A stretch of 64,000 nucleotides of DNA from an uncultured bacterium (GTDB lineage Bacteria > Bacteroidota > Bacteroidia > Chitinophagales > UBA10324). The notes beneath the pieces are model-generated. The model saw only the letters and a program-made list of their open reading frames with translations. It was not told where the DNA came from and did not search any database. Location of the stretch: positions 3,714-67,713 of the forward strand of contig CAXBPY010000006.1 in the NCBI GenBank assembly GCA_963977675.1. The letters run 5' to 3'. This document shows, in pieces, positions 45,127-54,272 of this stretch. Numbering within the stretch: position 1 is the stretch's first letter; each line of letters opens with the position of its first letter. The position numbers and the translations under genes were made by a program.

Positions 45127-46260
45127 TCAGGAGAAAAATTTCTTCACCGCATTTATCACTTGTAATTGCCCGCTTTTTTTCAGATTGGTGCTGCACGGAA
45201 TGCTCGCGCAGTGATTGTAAATCTTAGCAGAAATATTTTCCTGCTGATAATAAATTTCCTTTTTAAACATGGGCAACTGATTCATTGGAACCCAGAACGG
45301 GCGCGACTGAAATCCGTTTTGATTCAAGTAGTCCAGAAATTTTTTCTTGTCGGGAACATGAATTGTATAGAGCCAATTGTTAGCCGTCACATTTTTTTCT
45401 ACCTGCTGTTCTGAAATTTCTTTGATGGAAGAAAAGTTTTTTGAATAAAGATTTTTGATTTCATATTTCTTCTTCAGGAAATCAGGAAGCTGTTCCATTT
45501 GCGCGCAACCCATTGCCGCCAGCACATTCACCAAACGATAATTGAATCCTGATTCATCGTGATAATATTCGAATGCATCTGCTTTTGCTTGAGTAGTTAA
45601 GTGCTTTGCTTTTTTCGCGAGTGAAGAATTGTTGGTGAGAATCATTCCGCCACCACCTGTGGTCAGAATTTTATTTCCATTAAAACTCAGCGAGCCAAAC
45701 AATCCGAATGTGCCTGCGTGTTTTTGCTTGTAAGAAGAGCCGAGCGCTTCAGTTGCATCTTCAACAATTGCAAGAAAATATTTTTTCGCGAGTGTCATCA
45801 GTCGACTCATGTCGCACATATTTCCCAGCACATGCACCGGCATGATGGCACTGATTCTTCTTCCTGATTTTTCATGAAAACATTTTTTACTACGAATACT
45901 CGTTTCTTTTTTCAGAAACTCTTCGAGCAAATTCAAATCCATTTGCCAGGTGCGTTCATCAATATCAATCAGCACAGGATTCGCTCCGCAGTAAGTGATG
46001 CTGTTGATAGAAGCAATGAAAGTGATGTTCGGCGCAATCACTAAATCTCCTTGTCCCACTCCCGCAAGTAAGAGTGAAATGTGAAGCGCTGCCGTTCCGT
46101 TCACAGTTGCCACGGCGTGTTTCGCTCCGGTAAATTCTGCAAGCGATTTTTCAAAACGATCTACATAAGAACCAACGGATGAAACCCAATTCGTGTCAAG
46201 GCAATCCTTGATATACTTCCACTCATTGCCACCGAGATTAGGAACCGAAAGAGGAATCAT
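45127..46260 (-). CDS. DegT/DnrJ/EryC1 family PLP aminotransferase (LegC/PseC-like)
   Basis: MIPLSVPNLGGNEWKYIKDCLDTNWVSSVG...ATVNGTAALHISL and SFNGNKILTTGGGG (PLP-Lys context). Confidence 0.85.
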   Translation of the reverse strand: MIPLSVPNLGGNEWKYIKDCLDTNWVSSVGSYVDRFEKSLAEFTGAKHAVATVNGTAALHISLLLAGVGQGDLVIAPNITFIASINSITYCGANPVLIDIDERTWQMDLNLLEEFLKKETSIRSKKCFHEKSGRRISAIMPVHVLGNMCDMSRLMTLAKKYFLAIVEDATEALGSSYKQKHAGTFGLFGSLSFNGNKILTTGGGGMILTNNSSLAKKAKHLTTQAKADAFEYYHDESGFNYRLVNVLAAMGCAQMEQLPDFLKKKYEIKNLYSKNFSSIKEISEQQVEKNVTANNWLYTIHVPDKKKFLDYLNQNGFQSRPFWVPMNQLPMFKKEIYYQQENISAKIYNHCASIPCSTNLKKSGQLQVINAVKKFFS

Positions 46261-46263
46261 AAA

Positions 46264-47250
46264 TCAGAGATTGAAAATTTCGTGCTTGTAGAGTTGTAGA
46301 TTTTCTTTCTTCGAAAACCATTCGATGCATTTGTCCAAACCTTCATCCAAAGAAATTTGTGGCGACCAACCTGTGAGCCGTTTCATTTTTTCATTCGAGC
46401 CGAGCAAGCGGAACACTTCACTTTTTTCGGGGCGAGTTCGCGCTTCTTCTTTTTGAATAGTTGCTTCCGGAAAAATTTTATCAATCAGTTTTTTCGCCAA
46501 GTCGCCAATGGAAATTTCTGTTTGAGTTGAAATATTTATTTCTTCTCCAATTGTGTTTTCTGATTTTGCAATCGCACTGAAACCGCGCACGGTGTCTTTC
46601 ACAAAAGAGAAATCGCGTGTAGGAGTTGTGTCACCAAGATTCAAAACTTTTTGTTTGTTCAGCAATTGAGTGATGATGGTAGGAATCACTGCCCGCGCAG
46701 ACTGCCGCGGACCATAAGTATTGAAAGGACGAACAATGGTGATCGGTAAATTGAAGGAGCGGAAAAAAGATTCAGCAATTCTGTCGGCACCAATCTTAGT
46801 TGCACTATATGGCGACTGACCTTGATACGGATGCTTCTCGTCAATGGGAACATACTGAGCGGTGCCATAAACTTCTGAAGTGCTTGTAACCAAAATGCGC
46901 TGTGTGTTTAGTTGCCGCGCCGCCTGCAACACATTCAGCGTTCCTTTTATGTTGGTGTCCACATACGAATCAGGCGAGTGATAACTGAACGGAATTGCAA
47001 TGAGTGCTGCGAGATGAAACACCATATCCATTCCTTTCATAGCTTCCTTCACTCCATTCGGGTCGCGCACATCGCCAGAAAAAATTTCAATTTGCTTCAG
47101 CATTTCTTTCGATAATGAATCGAGCCAGCCATAAGAGTTGAACGAATTGTAAAGCACAAATGCACGAACGCTGTAACCTTCAGCCAACAAATGTTCTACA
47201 AGGTGACTGCCAATAAAACCATCTGCACCGGTGACTAAAACTTTTTTCAT
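46264..47250 (-). CDS. NAD-dependent nucleotide-sugar 4,6-dehydratase (LegB-like SDR)
   Basis: Start set at MKKVLVTGADGFIGSHLVEHLLAEGYSVRAFVLYNSFNSYGWLD (Rossmann GxxGxxG) and the YSATK catalytic motif. The ORF-track extension to 47373 overlaps the upstream gene. Confidence 0.85.
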   Translation of the reverse strand: MKKVLVTGADGFIGSHLVEHLLAEGYSVRAFVLYNSFNSYGWLDSLSKEMLKQIEIFSGDVRDPNGVKEAMKGMDMVFHLAALIAIPFSYHSPDSYVDTNIKGTLNVLQAARQLNTQRILVTSTSEVYGTAQYVPIDEKHPYQGQSPYSATKIGADRIAESFFRSFNLPITIVRPFNTYGPRQSARAVIPTIITQLLNKQKVLNLGDTTPTRDFSFVKDTVRGFSAIAKSENTIGEEINISTQTEISIGDLAKKLIDKIFPEATIQKEEARTRPEKSEVFRLLGSNEKMKRLTGWSPQISLDEGLDKCIEWFSKKENLQLYKHEIFNL

Positions 47251-47281
47251 GCTTCGGACAAAAATAAAATTGTTGGGTGCT

Positions 47282-48604
47282 TTAATTGTATTTCCTGAAA
47301 ACCGGTTTGATAATGTTGCTGCCCTCCAGATATTTTTCCGGACCCTCTTCCAAAGCGCGCTTGTAAACTTCAAGTGCTTCTCTTCCTTTCTCCAATGTCA
47401 TTTGGAGTTCAGAATCTTTATGCATAAAACAAAGCGCCACCCACGGCATCAGAATTTTCCGCTTAATCATTTCGCGGGAAAAGAGTGTGCGGAAGGCGAG
47501 TGAAGCGTTTCCGTTTTTATCCTTTGCAGTGTAAGATGGAGAGCAGGGAAATCCTTCGAAGTAAAAATGATTTTCAATTCCGAGTTGCGTGGCAATGGAG
47601 TTGAAACCATCCATCAGTTTTTTTCCATAGCTCCAGAAGTGTTCAATCACATTTTCGTTTTCTAAAATCTCCATCGTTTTCAAGAACGCGCCGAGCGTGC
47701 CCATTTCAGCGCCGTGAGTAGTGGAAGTGAGGAAAACTCTTTCTGCTCCTTCTTCCAATATTCCGCCAATGATCATGATTTCTTTTTTCCCTGTAAGTGC
47801 TGCTACTGCAAATCCATTTGCCATTGCTTTTCCGAAAGTGGAAATGTCAGGAGTGATGTTAAAATATTTCTGCGCGCCATTCAGGTGCCAGCGAAAGCCG
47901 GAGATCATTTCATCGAGAATAAAAACAACACCGTGTTTGTGACAGAGCCGTTGCACTTCATGCAAAAAATTTTCTCCTGGTTGTGTTGCGCTTGCGCATG
48001 GTGCAACAGTTGTGCATGGCTCCATGATCACGCAGGCGATTTCTCCTGGGTGTTCGTCAAAAAGTTTTTGCAGTGTTTGAATCTGATTGAAATTGAACTT
48101 CACAGTAAGTGAAGAAATTTCTTCCGGCACTCCTTTGTTCATCACTGTGCTTCCAATAAACCAATCGTCGAAAGAGAAGAATGGTTGCTCAGCACAAACG
48201 GCAATCAGTTTCTTTCCTGTGTAAGCGCGCGCAAGTTTTACGGCGGCGGTGGTAACAGTGGAGCCGTGCTTTGCAAACTTCACCATTTCTGCAGAAGATA
48301 TCAATGAACAAAGTTTTTCCGCTGCAAACAATTCGGTTTCTGAAGCGCGCGTGAGATTATTTCCTTTCAATATTTCCTGATATGCGGCATCAGCAATCGG
48401 CTTGTAACCGTAACCAATGTTTACCGAACGCAAGCCCATTCCATAATCGAGAAATTTATTTCCGTCCGCATCCCATACATATGCCCCTTCACCGCGAGAC
48501 AAAATAGAAGGAGCATTGTCCGGATATTGATCGTCGCCACGGGAGTAGGTGTGTGCACCACCTGGAATTACGGAGTGCAGGCGTTGGCTGTATTTGTCCT
48601 TCAT
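47282..48604 (-). CDS. class III PLP aminotransferase (glutamate-1-semialdehyde 2,1-aminomutase-like)
   Basis: GGAHTYSRGDDQ, HGSTVTTAAVKLAR, ILDEMISGFR, and TFGKAMANGF (PLP-Lys context). Confidence 0.85.
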   Translation of the reverse strand: MKDKYSQRLHSVIPGGAHTYSRGDDQYPDNAPSILSRGEGAYVWDADGNKFLDYGMGLRSVNIGYGYKPIADAAYQEILKGNNLTRASETELFAAEKLCSLISSAEMVKFAKHGSTVTTAAVKLARAYTGKKLIAVCAEQPFFSFDDWFIGSTVMNKGVPEEISSLTVKFNFNQIQTLQKLFDEHPGEIACVIMEPCTTVAPCASATQPGENFLHEVQRLCHKHGVVFILDEMISGFRWHLNGAQKYFNITPDISTFGKAMANGFAVAALTGKKEIMIIGGILEEGAERVFLTSTTHGAEMGTLGAFLKTMEILENENVIEHFWSYGKKLMDGFNSIATQLGIENHFYFEGFPCSPSYTAKDKNGNASLAFRTLFSREMIKRKILMPWVALCFMHKDSELQMTLEKGREALEVYKRALEEGPEKYLEGSNIIKPVFRKYN

Positions 48605-49359
48605 TGTTCGTTTTCTTTTTTCAGTTGAGAATCGAAATTGCTCCAGTAAATTTTTTGCAGCGAAGCATTGATTTCATTCAGCTTGTTGCTCAAAATAAAT
48701 TCAATGAGCTCATCATCACTCACCGAAATTATTTTTTCTCCATATTGAGAAATCACAGCCGAAAAAAATTCTTCGTCTTCCTTGTAGTCAAGCGTCATTC
48801 GCAAATCAGAATCAGGAAGATGATTGCCGAGTTTGATATCAACTATTTTTTCAGTAGAAAAAATTCTTCCCCATCCGGTTTCTATTTTTTTCGAATCGGA
48901 ATTTGCGAAAGATTTTTTCAATTCATCCACACTATATCCCCAGCAATTCATACCAAGCGGAAGCCCCGAAGTTTTTACAAGAGAAGCACCAAGAGTAAGT
49001 GCATCAAAAATTTTTCGCGCCGCAGAAACAGAGGTGAGAATATCATCGCCGTCAATGGAAATTATTTCTGTGAGATGAAGCGCATTGGCGCACTCAATTT
49101 GCCGAAGCGGAATGTTTTCATCACTTCCATAAAAAACTTTCACCGGACAATTTGCTGCGAGCAATTCAAATTGTTTGTTCTCTTCTTTCACTGAAGTTGC
49201 TATAACCAACTGAATTTTATTTTCTTCAATTTCTTTTTTGAATTCCTTCACAAATCGCAGCAGCAGCCATTCGAACATTGTTCGCCCCGCAACTTTCACT
49301 AAGTGTTTGTTGTGAAGCCGTGTGGAGCCAAGCCGTGCGAGAAATAAAATTCCGGTCAT
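48601..49359 (-). CDS. SpsF/NeuA-type cytidylyltransferase (probable CMP-nonulosonate synthetase)
   Basis: ILFLARLGSTRLHNKHL is an N-terminal CTP_transf_3-like motif. Overlaps both neighbours by 4 nt. Confidence 0.7.
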   Translation of the reverse strand: MTGILFLARLGSTRLHNKHLVKVAGRTMFEWLLLRFVKEFKKEIEENKIQLVIATSVKEENKQFELLAANCPVKVFYGSDENIPLRQIECANALHLTEIISIDGDDILTSVSAARKIFDALTLGASLVKTSGLPLGMNCWGYSVDELKKSFANSDSKKIETGWGRIFSTEKIVDIKLGNHLPDSDLRMTLDYKEDEEFFSAVISQYGEKIISVSDDELIEFILSNKLNEINASLQKIYWSNFDSQLKKENEQ

Positions 49360-50381
49360 GAGAATTTCACCACTTCTTTTTCGCGGTAAGATTTTTCAGC
49401 GGCATACAACAGACGCAGAACTTTCAAATCATATTCAAGCGTGTTGAAGAATTCTTCCTTTCCCTCGACAGCATTAAAAAAATTCACCAGCTCATCGGCA
49501 TACATTTCTTCAATAATGTTTTTGTTGTAGCCCGCTGCTGCCTGCTTCGTTTCATACTGAAGAGTTTCCCATTCCTTTTTTTCAGGATGAAAAATTTTCA
49601 CACAGTTTTCATTCCACTCCCACACTAATTGTTTTTTATCTCCATTGATAAGCAACCTTCTCGTGGCGAAGCGCGATACCACATCAATCACCACATTCAT
49701 GCTGTAAGTTTTATAGTCGAGCAGCATCTGGTAAGTGTCGTCAATTTTTTCTGCGCCTTCAATGTGAATTGATTTCCGCACAACACCATTCACGGTTTCA
49801 GGAAATCCAAAAAGCTTTGTGAGCCAGGTAAGTTCAAATGGAGTTATCTCTCTCGCGCCGCCTGTTTCAGGATTTGATACATAGTAATCGGACACGCTTT
49901 CATAAGTGTGCCAGTCAGGCAAATACTGACCGGAGTGATACATTACATTCGAAATATTTCCGAGCACACCATCGCGCACAATTTTGAAAATCATTTTCAC
50001 CGCGGGGTGGAAATACAAAGTGGCGGAAGGAGCTGCAACAATTTTTTTCTCCACTGAAAGACGAATGATGTCATCGTAATTTTTATCGAGCACTCCTGCT
50101 TCCACAAAAAACGGAATACCAACTTCCACTGCTTCCTGCATGTAGATGTGATGCACATCGGGCGGAACAGAAATGATGTAAGCATCATAATTGGTAATCG
50201 TAATCGCTTCTTCCCAATTAGAAAAAACAGTGATACCATATTTCTCTTTCGCTTCGGTGCAGCGGTCGGTGCGCAAGTCGAAACCATAAATATTTTTAAA
50301 TCCAAGCGATTGAAGATTGCGCGTGCGGCGCTTACCCATGCTTCCAAGTCCAATCACTAATATTTTAAGGTCAGTATTCAT
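49356..50381 (-). CDS. Gfo/Idh/MocA family NAD(P)-dependent oxidoreductase
   Basis: ILVIGLGSMGKRRTRNL Rossmann N-terminus and a typical ~340-aa two-domain layout. Confidence 0.8.
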   Translation of the reverse strand: MNTDLKILVIGLGSMGKRRTRNLQSLGFKNIYGFDLRTDRCTEAKEKYGITVFSNWEEAITITNYDAYIISVPPDVHHIYMQEAVEVGIPFFVEAGVLDKNYDDIIRLSVEKKIVAAPSATLYFHPAVKMIFKIVRDGVLGNISNVMYHSGQYLPDWHTYESVSDYYVSNPETGGAREITPFELTWLTKLFGFPETVNGVVRKSIHIEGAEKIDDTYQMLLDYKTYSMNVVIDVVSRFATRRLLINGDKKQLVWEWNENCVKIFHPEKKEWETLQYETKQAAAGYNKNIIEEMYADELVNFFNAVEGKEEFFNTLEYDLKVLRLLYAAEKSYREKEVVKFS

Positions 50382-50390
50382 TCGTAGAAA

Positions 50391-51440
50391 TTAAAAGTTG
50401 AGGTGAAGTACATCCATTTGAGCGCGTCGGTAATCGTCCATATTTCCGATGTCGAGCCAGTAACTGAGAATGGGAAACGAAACTACTTTTTTGTTTTCCT
50501 GAATCAGCAGTTCAATTAAATCAGTTGCGTCAAATTTTTTTCCTTGCGGAATAAGTTGCAGCAGATTTTTTTTCACGAGGTAAATTCCTGCATTCGCAAA
50601 GTAGGTATAGGTCGGCTTTTCTTTCAGTGACATGATTTGTGATTTATCACTCAGTTCAAGAATGGCGTAGGGAACATTAACATTATAAGGAATGGTGGCG
50701 ATGCTGAAATCCGCATTCTGATTTTTAAATTGAAGAAAAAATTCTTCGAAGTCAATGTTGGTGAGCAAATCAGAATTGAGCACAAGCACAAATTCATTTT
50801 TGAAATCGTTGATAGTTCCTGCCGCGCCAATGGTGCCGAGCGGATTTGATTCATGCACATAATTCATGGAAATATTTTTTGCGGCTCCATCACCGAAATA
50901 TTTTTCAATTTGCTCTGCGAGATAATTCACGGAAAGAAAAAAATTCTTTACACCAAAAGATGCAAGGCGGTCAATGTTTCGCTCGATGATTGGCTTGCCG
51001 CCAATTTCGAGCAGCGGCTTAGGAGTATTGTCGGTTAAGGGTTTCAGGCGCTCGCCTCTTCCGCCTGCCATGATCACGACATCAACAGGAAGAATTGCTT
51101 TGAGCAAACTCACATCCACCACTTTCACCAAACGATGTTGTGCATCCAGCTGCGGAACAAACCGCAGTGCATTTTTTTTGAAGTGCGATAGCTGTTCCTG
51201 CGAAATGTTTTCTCCCGAAATAAAATTGAAACTCCGGTTCATGAATTTAGAAACCACATCCGTCACTTTCAGTTCTTGCAGAAAGCCGCGGCGGATATCG
51301 CCGTCAGTAAGTGAGCCGGTAATTTTTTTCTCCGCATCGGCCACAAAGAGCGAAACGGTTTTATCGGCAAGATCATTGAGTCGCTCAAGCGCTTCCTTGG
51401 CAGTGGCAGTTTCTGAAATGATGAGGTTTTCGAACTTCAT
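50391..51440 (-). CDS. CBS-domain-containing sugar-phosphate nucleotidyltransferase (PtmE-like)
   Basis: N-terminal CBS pair followed by VVIMAGGRGERLKPLTDNTPKPLLEIGGKPII (the G-x-G-T/R-R-L NTP-transferase motif). Confidence 0.85.
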   Translation of the reverse strand: MKFENLIISETATAKEALERLNDLADKTVSLFVADAEKKITGSLTDGDIRRGFLQELKVTDVVSKFMNRSFNFISGENISQEQLSHFKKNALRFVPQLDAQHRLVKVVDVSLLKAILPVDVVIMAGGRGERLKPLTDNTPKPLLEIGGKPIIERNIDRLASFGVKNFFLSVNYLAEQIEKYFGDGAAKNISMNYVHESNPLGTIGAAGTINDFKNEFVLVLNSDLLTNIDFEEFFLQFKNQNADFSIATIPYNVNVPYAILELSDKSQIMSLKEKPTYTYFANAGIYLVKKNLLQLIPQGKKFDATDLIELLIQENKKVVSFPILSYWLDIGNMDDYRRAQMDVLHLNF

Positions 51441-52057
51441 ATCTCTCTCGCCGGAACTCCGGCAACTTTTTTATTAGCTAAAATATTTTTCAATACAACA
51501 CTTCCTAGACCAACGATTGAATTTTTTCCAATAGCGATGGATGGTTTCACTACAGCATTTGCACCAATTAAAGTTCCTTCTCCAACGCGCACATTTCCGC
51601 AGAGCGTGGAGTTGGGTGCAATGTGTGCAAAGCGGCCAACTTCGCATTCGTGTTCAATCACTGAAGAAGAATTGCAAATTGCGCCATCATGAATCACCGC
51701 ATTTGAATTTATTGTAACAAGCGGAGCAATCATTACTCCGCTTCCGATTTGTGCTTTCGGAGAAACAACTGCCGAGGAATGAATCGCAGTAGCAACAGTG
51801 ATTTCATTCTTTGTAAGAAATTCAAAAACTTTTTTCCTTGCGTCATTATCTCCAATGGCGACGAAGCAGAAATTTTTTTTCATCAGGGCAAGATTTTTTT
51901 CATCACGCTCGCTTCCAAAATATTTTAACTGATATGGATTTTGTTTTTTCTCCTGCTTCTCACAGTAACCAAGAATTTTCCAGCCCATCGAAATAAAAAT
52001 ATCGCACGCTACATAAGCATGACCGGAATAACCAATGAGTATGACTTCTTTTTTCAA
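51437..52057 (-). CDS. NeuD/PglD-family hexapeptide sugar N-acetyltransferase (LegH-like)
   Basis: The N-terminal Rossmann-like VILIGYSGHAYV is followed by left-handed beta-helix repeats (IGSGVMIAP, VGRFAHIAPN, VGEGTLIGANA). TTG start overlaps the neuC stop. Confidence 0.85.
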   Translation of the reverse strand: MKKEVILIGYSGHAYVACDIFISMGWKILGYCEKQEKKQNPYQLKYFGSERDEKNLALMKKNFCFVAIGDNDARKKVFEFLTKNEITVATAIHSSAVVSPKAQIGSGVMIAPLVTINSNAVIHDGAICNSSSVIEHECEVGRFAHIAPNSTLCGNVRVGEGTLIGANAVVKPSIAIGKNSIVGLGSVVLKNILANKKVAGVPAREI

Positions 52058-53166
52058 TGCGATATTTCTTTGAATATGGAAATGATTTTTTCGGCAGCAT
52101 TTCCGTCGCCGTAAATATTGGATGAATCAAGCGGAGCAAGCGAAGAAATTTTTTGAACCGCTGCAAGAATTTTTTCATTCTCCACTGGAACATGAATCAC
52201 ATTCTTTCCGGTGAGCCGTCCCTTCTGGCGATCGCCGGTGTTGATCACATATTTTGCAAACGAAGCCGCTTCAATAATTCCACTCGAAGTATTGCCGAGC
52301 AGAAAACTGCAATGCTTCATGCAGGAAAAATATCCTTGTGTGCCAAGTGAATCGAAACCAAAAGCGCGCGTCGGATTTGCTTTAATAAATTTTTTCAGTT
52401 GTGTGCGAATGTGATTTCCCATGGTGTCAGCATTCGGCATGGTGATTACAATTTGCTCTTTTAATTTTCCAAGCGCTGCAAGTAATTCTTCAGTGTGCTG
52501 CACATTGTTTTCCCACGAAACAGTTTCCGGATGAAAAGTGACAAGCACCGTTGGCTTGCTTAAATCCACTCCGTATTTCTTTTTGAATTCATCAACGCTG
52601 AAGAGCGGAATTTCTTTCAGGTTGTCAAGACCAAGCGCGCCAACGGTATGAATATTTTCCGATGAGCCGGTGATTTCTTTCACACGCTCTGCATACATTT
52701 TATGCGAAACAAAATGCAACGAACTCATTGCAGTAATCGAGTGGCGGAACTTGTTGTCAATTGCTCCGAGTGTTGTTTCTCCCCCGTGCAGGTGCGCAAC
52801 TTTAAGATTGAAAGGAATGGTGGAAGCAACTGCTGCAAACATTTCATAGCGGTCGCCGAGGCAGAGCACCCAATCAAAATTCTTTGCGGATTTTTTCCAG
52901 AGCGCAGAAAATTCAGAAAGCGTTTTCGCCATGCTGTCGGCAATGTCTTCAGGAGAATCTCCTTCGGAAATGGTGTTGAGTTGCGCTTCAATTTTGAATC
53001 CGTCGCTCTTCACTTGCTCAATCGTGTTTCCGAATTTTTTTGAGAGATGAGTTCCGAATGCAATCAATCGCACATCGAAAAAAGAATCGGCATTCATTTT
53101 CTTCAAGAGAGGAAAATAAATTCCGTAGTCGGCGCGCGAACTGGTGAGCACAGCAATTCTTATCAT
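52054..53166 (-). CDS. neuC: UDP/GDP-N-acetylglucosamine 2-epimerase (hydrolysing), NeuC/LegG family
   Basis: MIRIAVLTSSRADYGIYFPLL, GDRYEMFAA, HLHGGE motifs. Confidence 0.9.
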   Translation of the reverse strand: MIRIAVLTSSRADYGIYFPLLKKMNADSFFDVRLIAFGTHLSKKFGNTIEQVKSDGFKIEAQLNTISEGDSPEDIADSMAKTLSEFSALWKKSAKNFDWVLCLGDRYEMFAAVASTIPFNLKVAHLHGGETTLGAIDNKFRHSITAMSSLHFVSHKMYAERVKEITGSSENIHTVGALGLDNLKEIPLFSVDEFKKKYGVDLSKPTVLVTFHPETVSWENNVQHTEELLAALGKLKEQIVITMPNADTMGNHIRTQLKKFIKANPTRAFGFDSLGTQGYFSCMKHCSFLLGNTSSGIIEAASFAKYVINTGDRQKGRLTGKNVIHVPVENEKILAAVQKISSLAPLDSSNIYGDGNAAEKIISIFKEISH

Positions 53167-54182
53167 CAGAAATCTTTAAGTGTGAGTTTATATTCTGCGG
53201 GAAGAGTGCGTTTCGCTTTTCTGCCAAGCACCGATTTTATTTTCATTGGAGAAATTCCATCGCCGGGGCGCTTCATTACTAAATCATTTTCAGAAATTTT
53301 TTCTCCTGATTTTATTTCTCTCGAAGTGTGAATGCTTTTTCGCGCAGCGGAAATATTTTTTAGCTCTGATTTCGAAGGAATTTTTTTTCCAACACCTAAA
53401 GCAATTTCAATGTTGCGAATGCAGTGAATCATTTCTTTCAACTCGTTCGGTTCAAGCGATGCTTTGTGATCGGGACCTTCCATGTTGCGGTCGAGCGTAA
53501 AATGTTTTTCAATCACACTTGCACCGAGCGCTGCTGCGGCAATTGCAACTTCAATTCCTTGCGTGTGGTCGCTGTAACCAACATCCGTTTTAAATTTTTT
53601 GTGAAGCGATTTCATTGCGAGCAGATTCACTTCATTTAATGGCGCAGGATATTCAGTTGTGCAATGAAGAATGGTGATGTCAGATTTTTTTGTTCCCGAT
53701 TTCACTAATGCCTTCATCGCTTTCTCAATTTCTTTTTCAGTTGACATTCCGGTGGAAAGGATCACTTTGCTTTTCTGCTTTCCTATTTTTTCTAAGTAAG
53801 GAAGATTGGTGATTTCGCCGGAAGGAATTTTGAAAATTTTTATTCCGAGTTTTTTCAGAAGAGAAATACTATCCAGATCAAATGCCGTCGAAAGGAATTT
53901 TATTTCACGCAACTTACAATGAGCAATCAACTCGCGATGATTCTCTTCGCTGAGCTCAAGTTTTTTGAGCATTTCAAATTGAGAACCTCCGCCTGAATTT
54001 TCTTTTTGATATGCTGCTTTCTCTGCATGAGCGCTTACTAAGTTTTCTGTTTTGAAAGTTTGAAACTTTACGAAGTCCGAACCCGCATCAGCGGCGGCAT
54101 CAATCAGCTTGCGTGCAATTTCCAAATCGCCATTGTGATTCACTCCGGCTTCGGCAATAACAATAACTTTTTTTCTTTTCAT
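53166..54182 (-). CDS. neuB: N-acetylneuraminate/legionaminate synthase (NeuB/LegI family) with C-terminal SAF domain
   Basis: MKRKKVIVIAEAGVNHNGDLEIARKLIDAAADAGSDFVKFQTF, GYSDHT. The ORF-track start at 54215 is a TTG lying inside the promoter box, so I used ATG 54182. Confidence 0.92.
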   Translation of the reverse strand: MKRKKVIVIAEAGVNHNGDLEIARKLIDAAADAGSDFVKFQTFKTENLVSAHAEKAAYQKENSGGGSQFEMLKKLELSEENHRELIAHCKLREIKFLSTAFDLDSISLLKKLGIKIFKIPSGEITNLPYLEKIGKQKSKVILSTGMSTEKEIEKAMKALVKSGTKKSDITILHCTTEYPAPLNEVNLLAMKSLHKKFKTDVGYSDHTQGIEVAIAAAALGASVIEKHFTLDRNMEGPDHKASLEPNELKEMIHCIRNIEIALGVGKKIPSKSELKNISAARKSIHTSREIKSGEKISENDLVMKRPGDGISPMKIKSVLGRKAKRTLPAEYKLTLKDF

Positions 54183-54212
54183 CAGAGATAACTCGTCTCG
54201 GCTTATCTGAGA

Positions 54213-54220
54213 CAAATCTA
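54213..54220 (-). promoter_or_regulatory. -7 promoter box TAGATTTG for the NulO operon
   Basis: Plus-strand caaatcta is an exact TAnnTTTG on the minus strand, 30 nt upstream of ATG 54182. Confidence 0.4.
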
Positions 54221-54272
54221 ATTTCTAGCACCAGAAAGAGAGAGGATTTATCTTTCGCCCGAATTAAGAAAA

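Noticed and set aside
47251-47373. 41-aa N-terminal extension of the LegB-like dehydratase ORF
   Set aside because: It overlaps the 3' end of the upstream aminotransferase gene by about 90 nt. The Rossmann motif follows directly after the internal start MKKVLVTGADGFIGS at 47250.
48553-49194. 213-aa plus-strand ORF inside the cytidylyltransferase gene. Similar long antisense ORFs occur at 50974-51477 (+), 54100-54585 (-), 56277-56756 (-), 25982-26338 (+) and 28835-29233 (+).
   Set aside because: All lie fully antisense to genes with strong family motifs. They have no recognisable motifs themselves and biased composition. They are typical shadow ORFs in AT-rich, densely coding DNA.
54183-54215. 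TTG-initiated 11-aa extension of NeuB. Similar cases: TTG extensions of ileS (27278-27289) and nadE (42974-42979), and the 14-aa ATG-initiated extension of the beta-barrel protein (43753-43794).
   Set aside because: The neuB, ileS and nadE extensions begin at non-ATG codons called M by the ORF track. For neuB, the extension contains the predicted -7 promoter box. For the beta-barrel protein, it is encoded by CACGA-type intergenic word sequence, and the signal peptide starts at the internal ATG.
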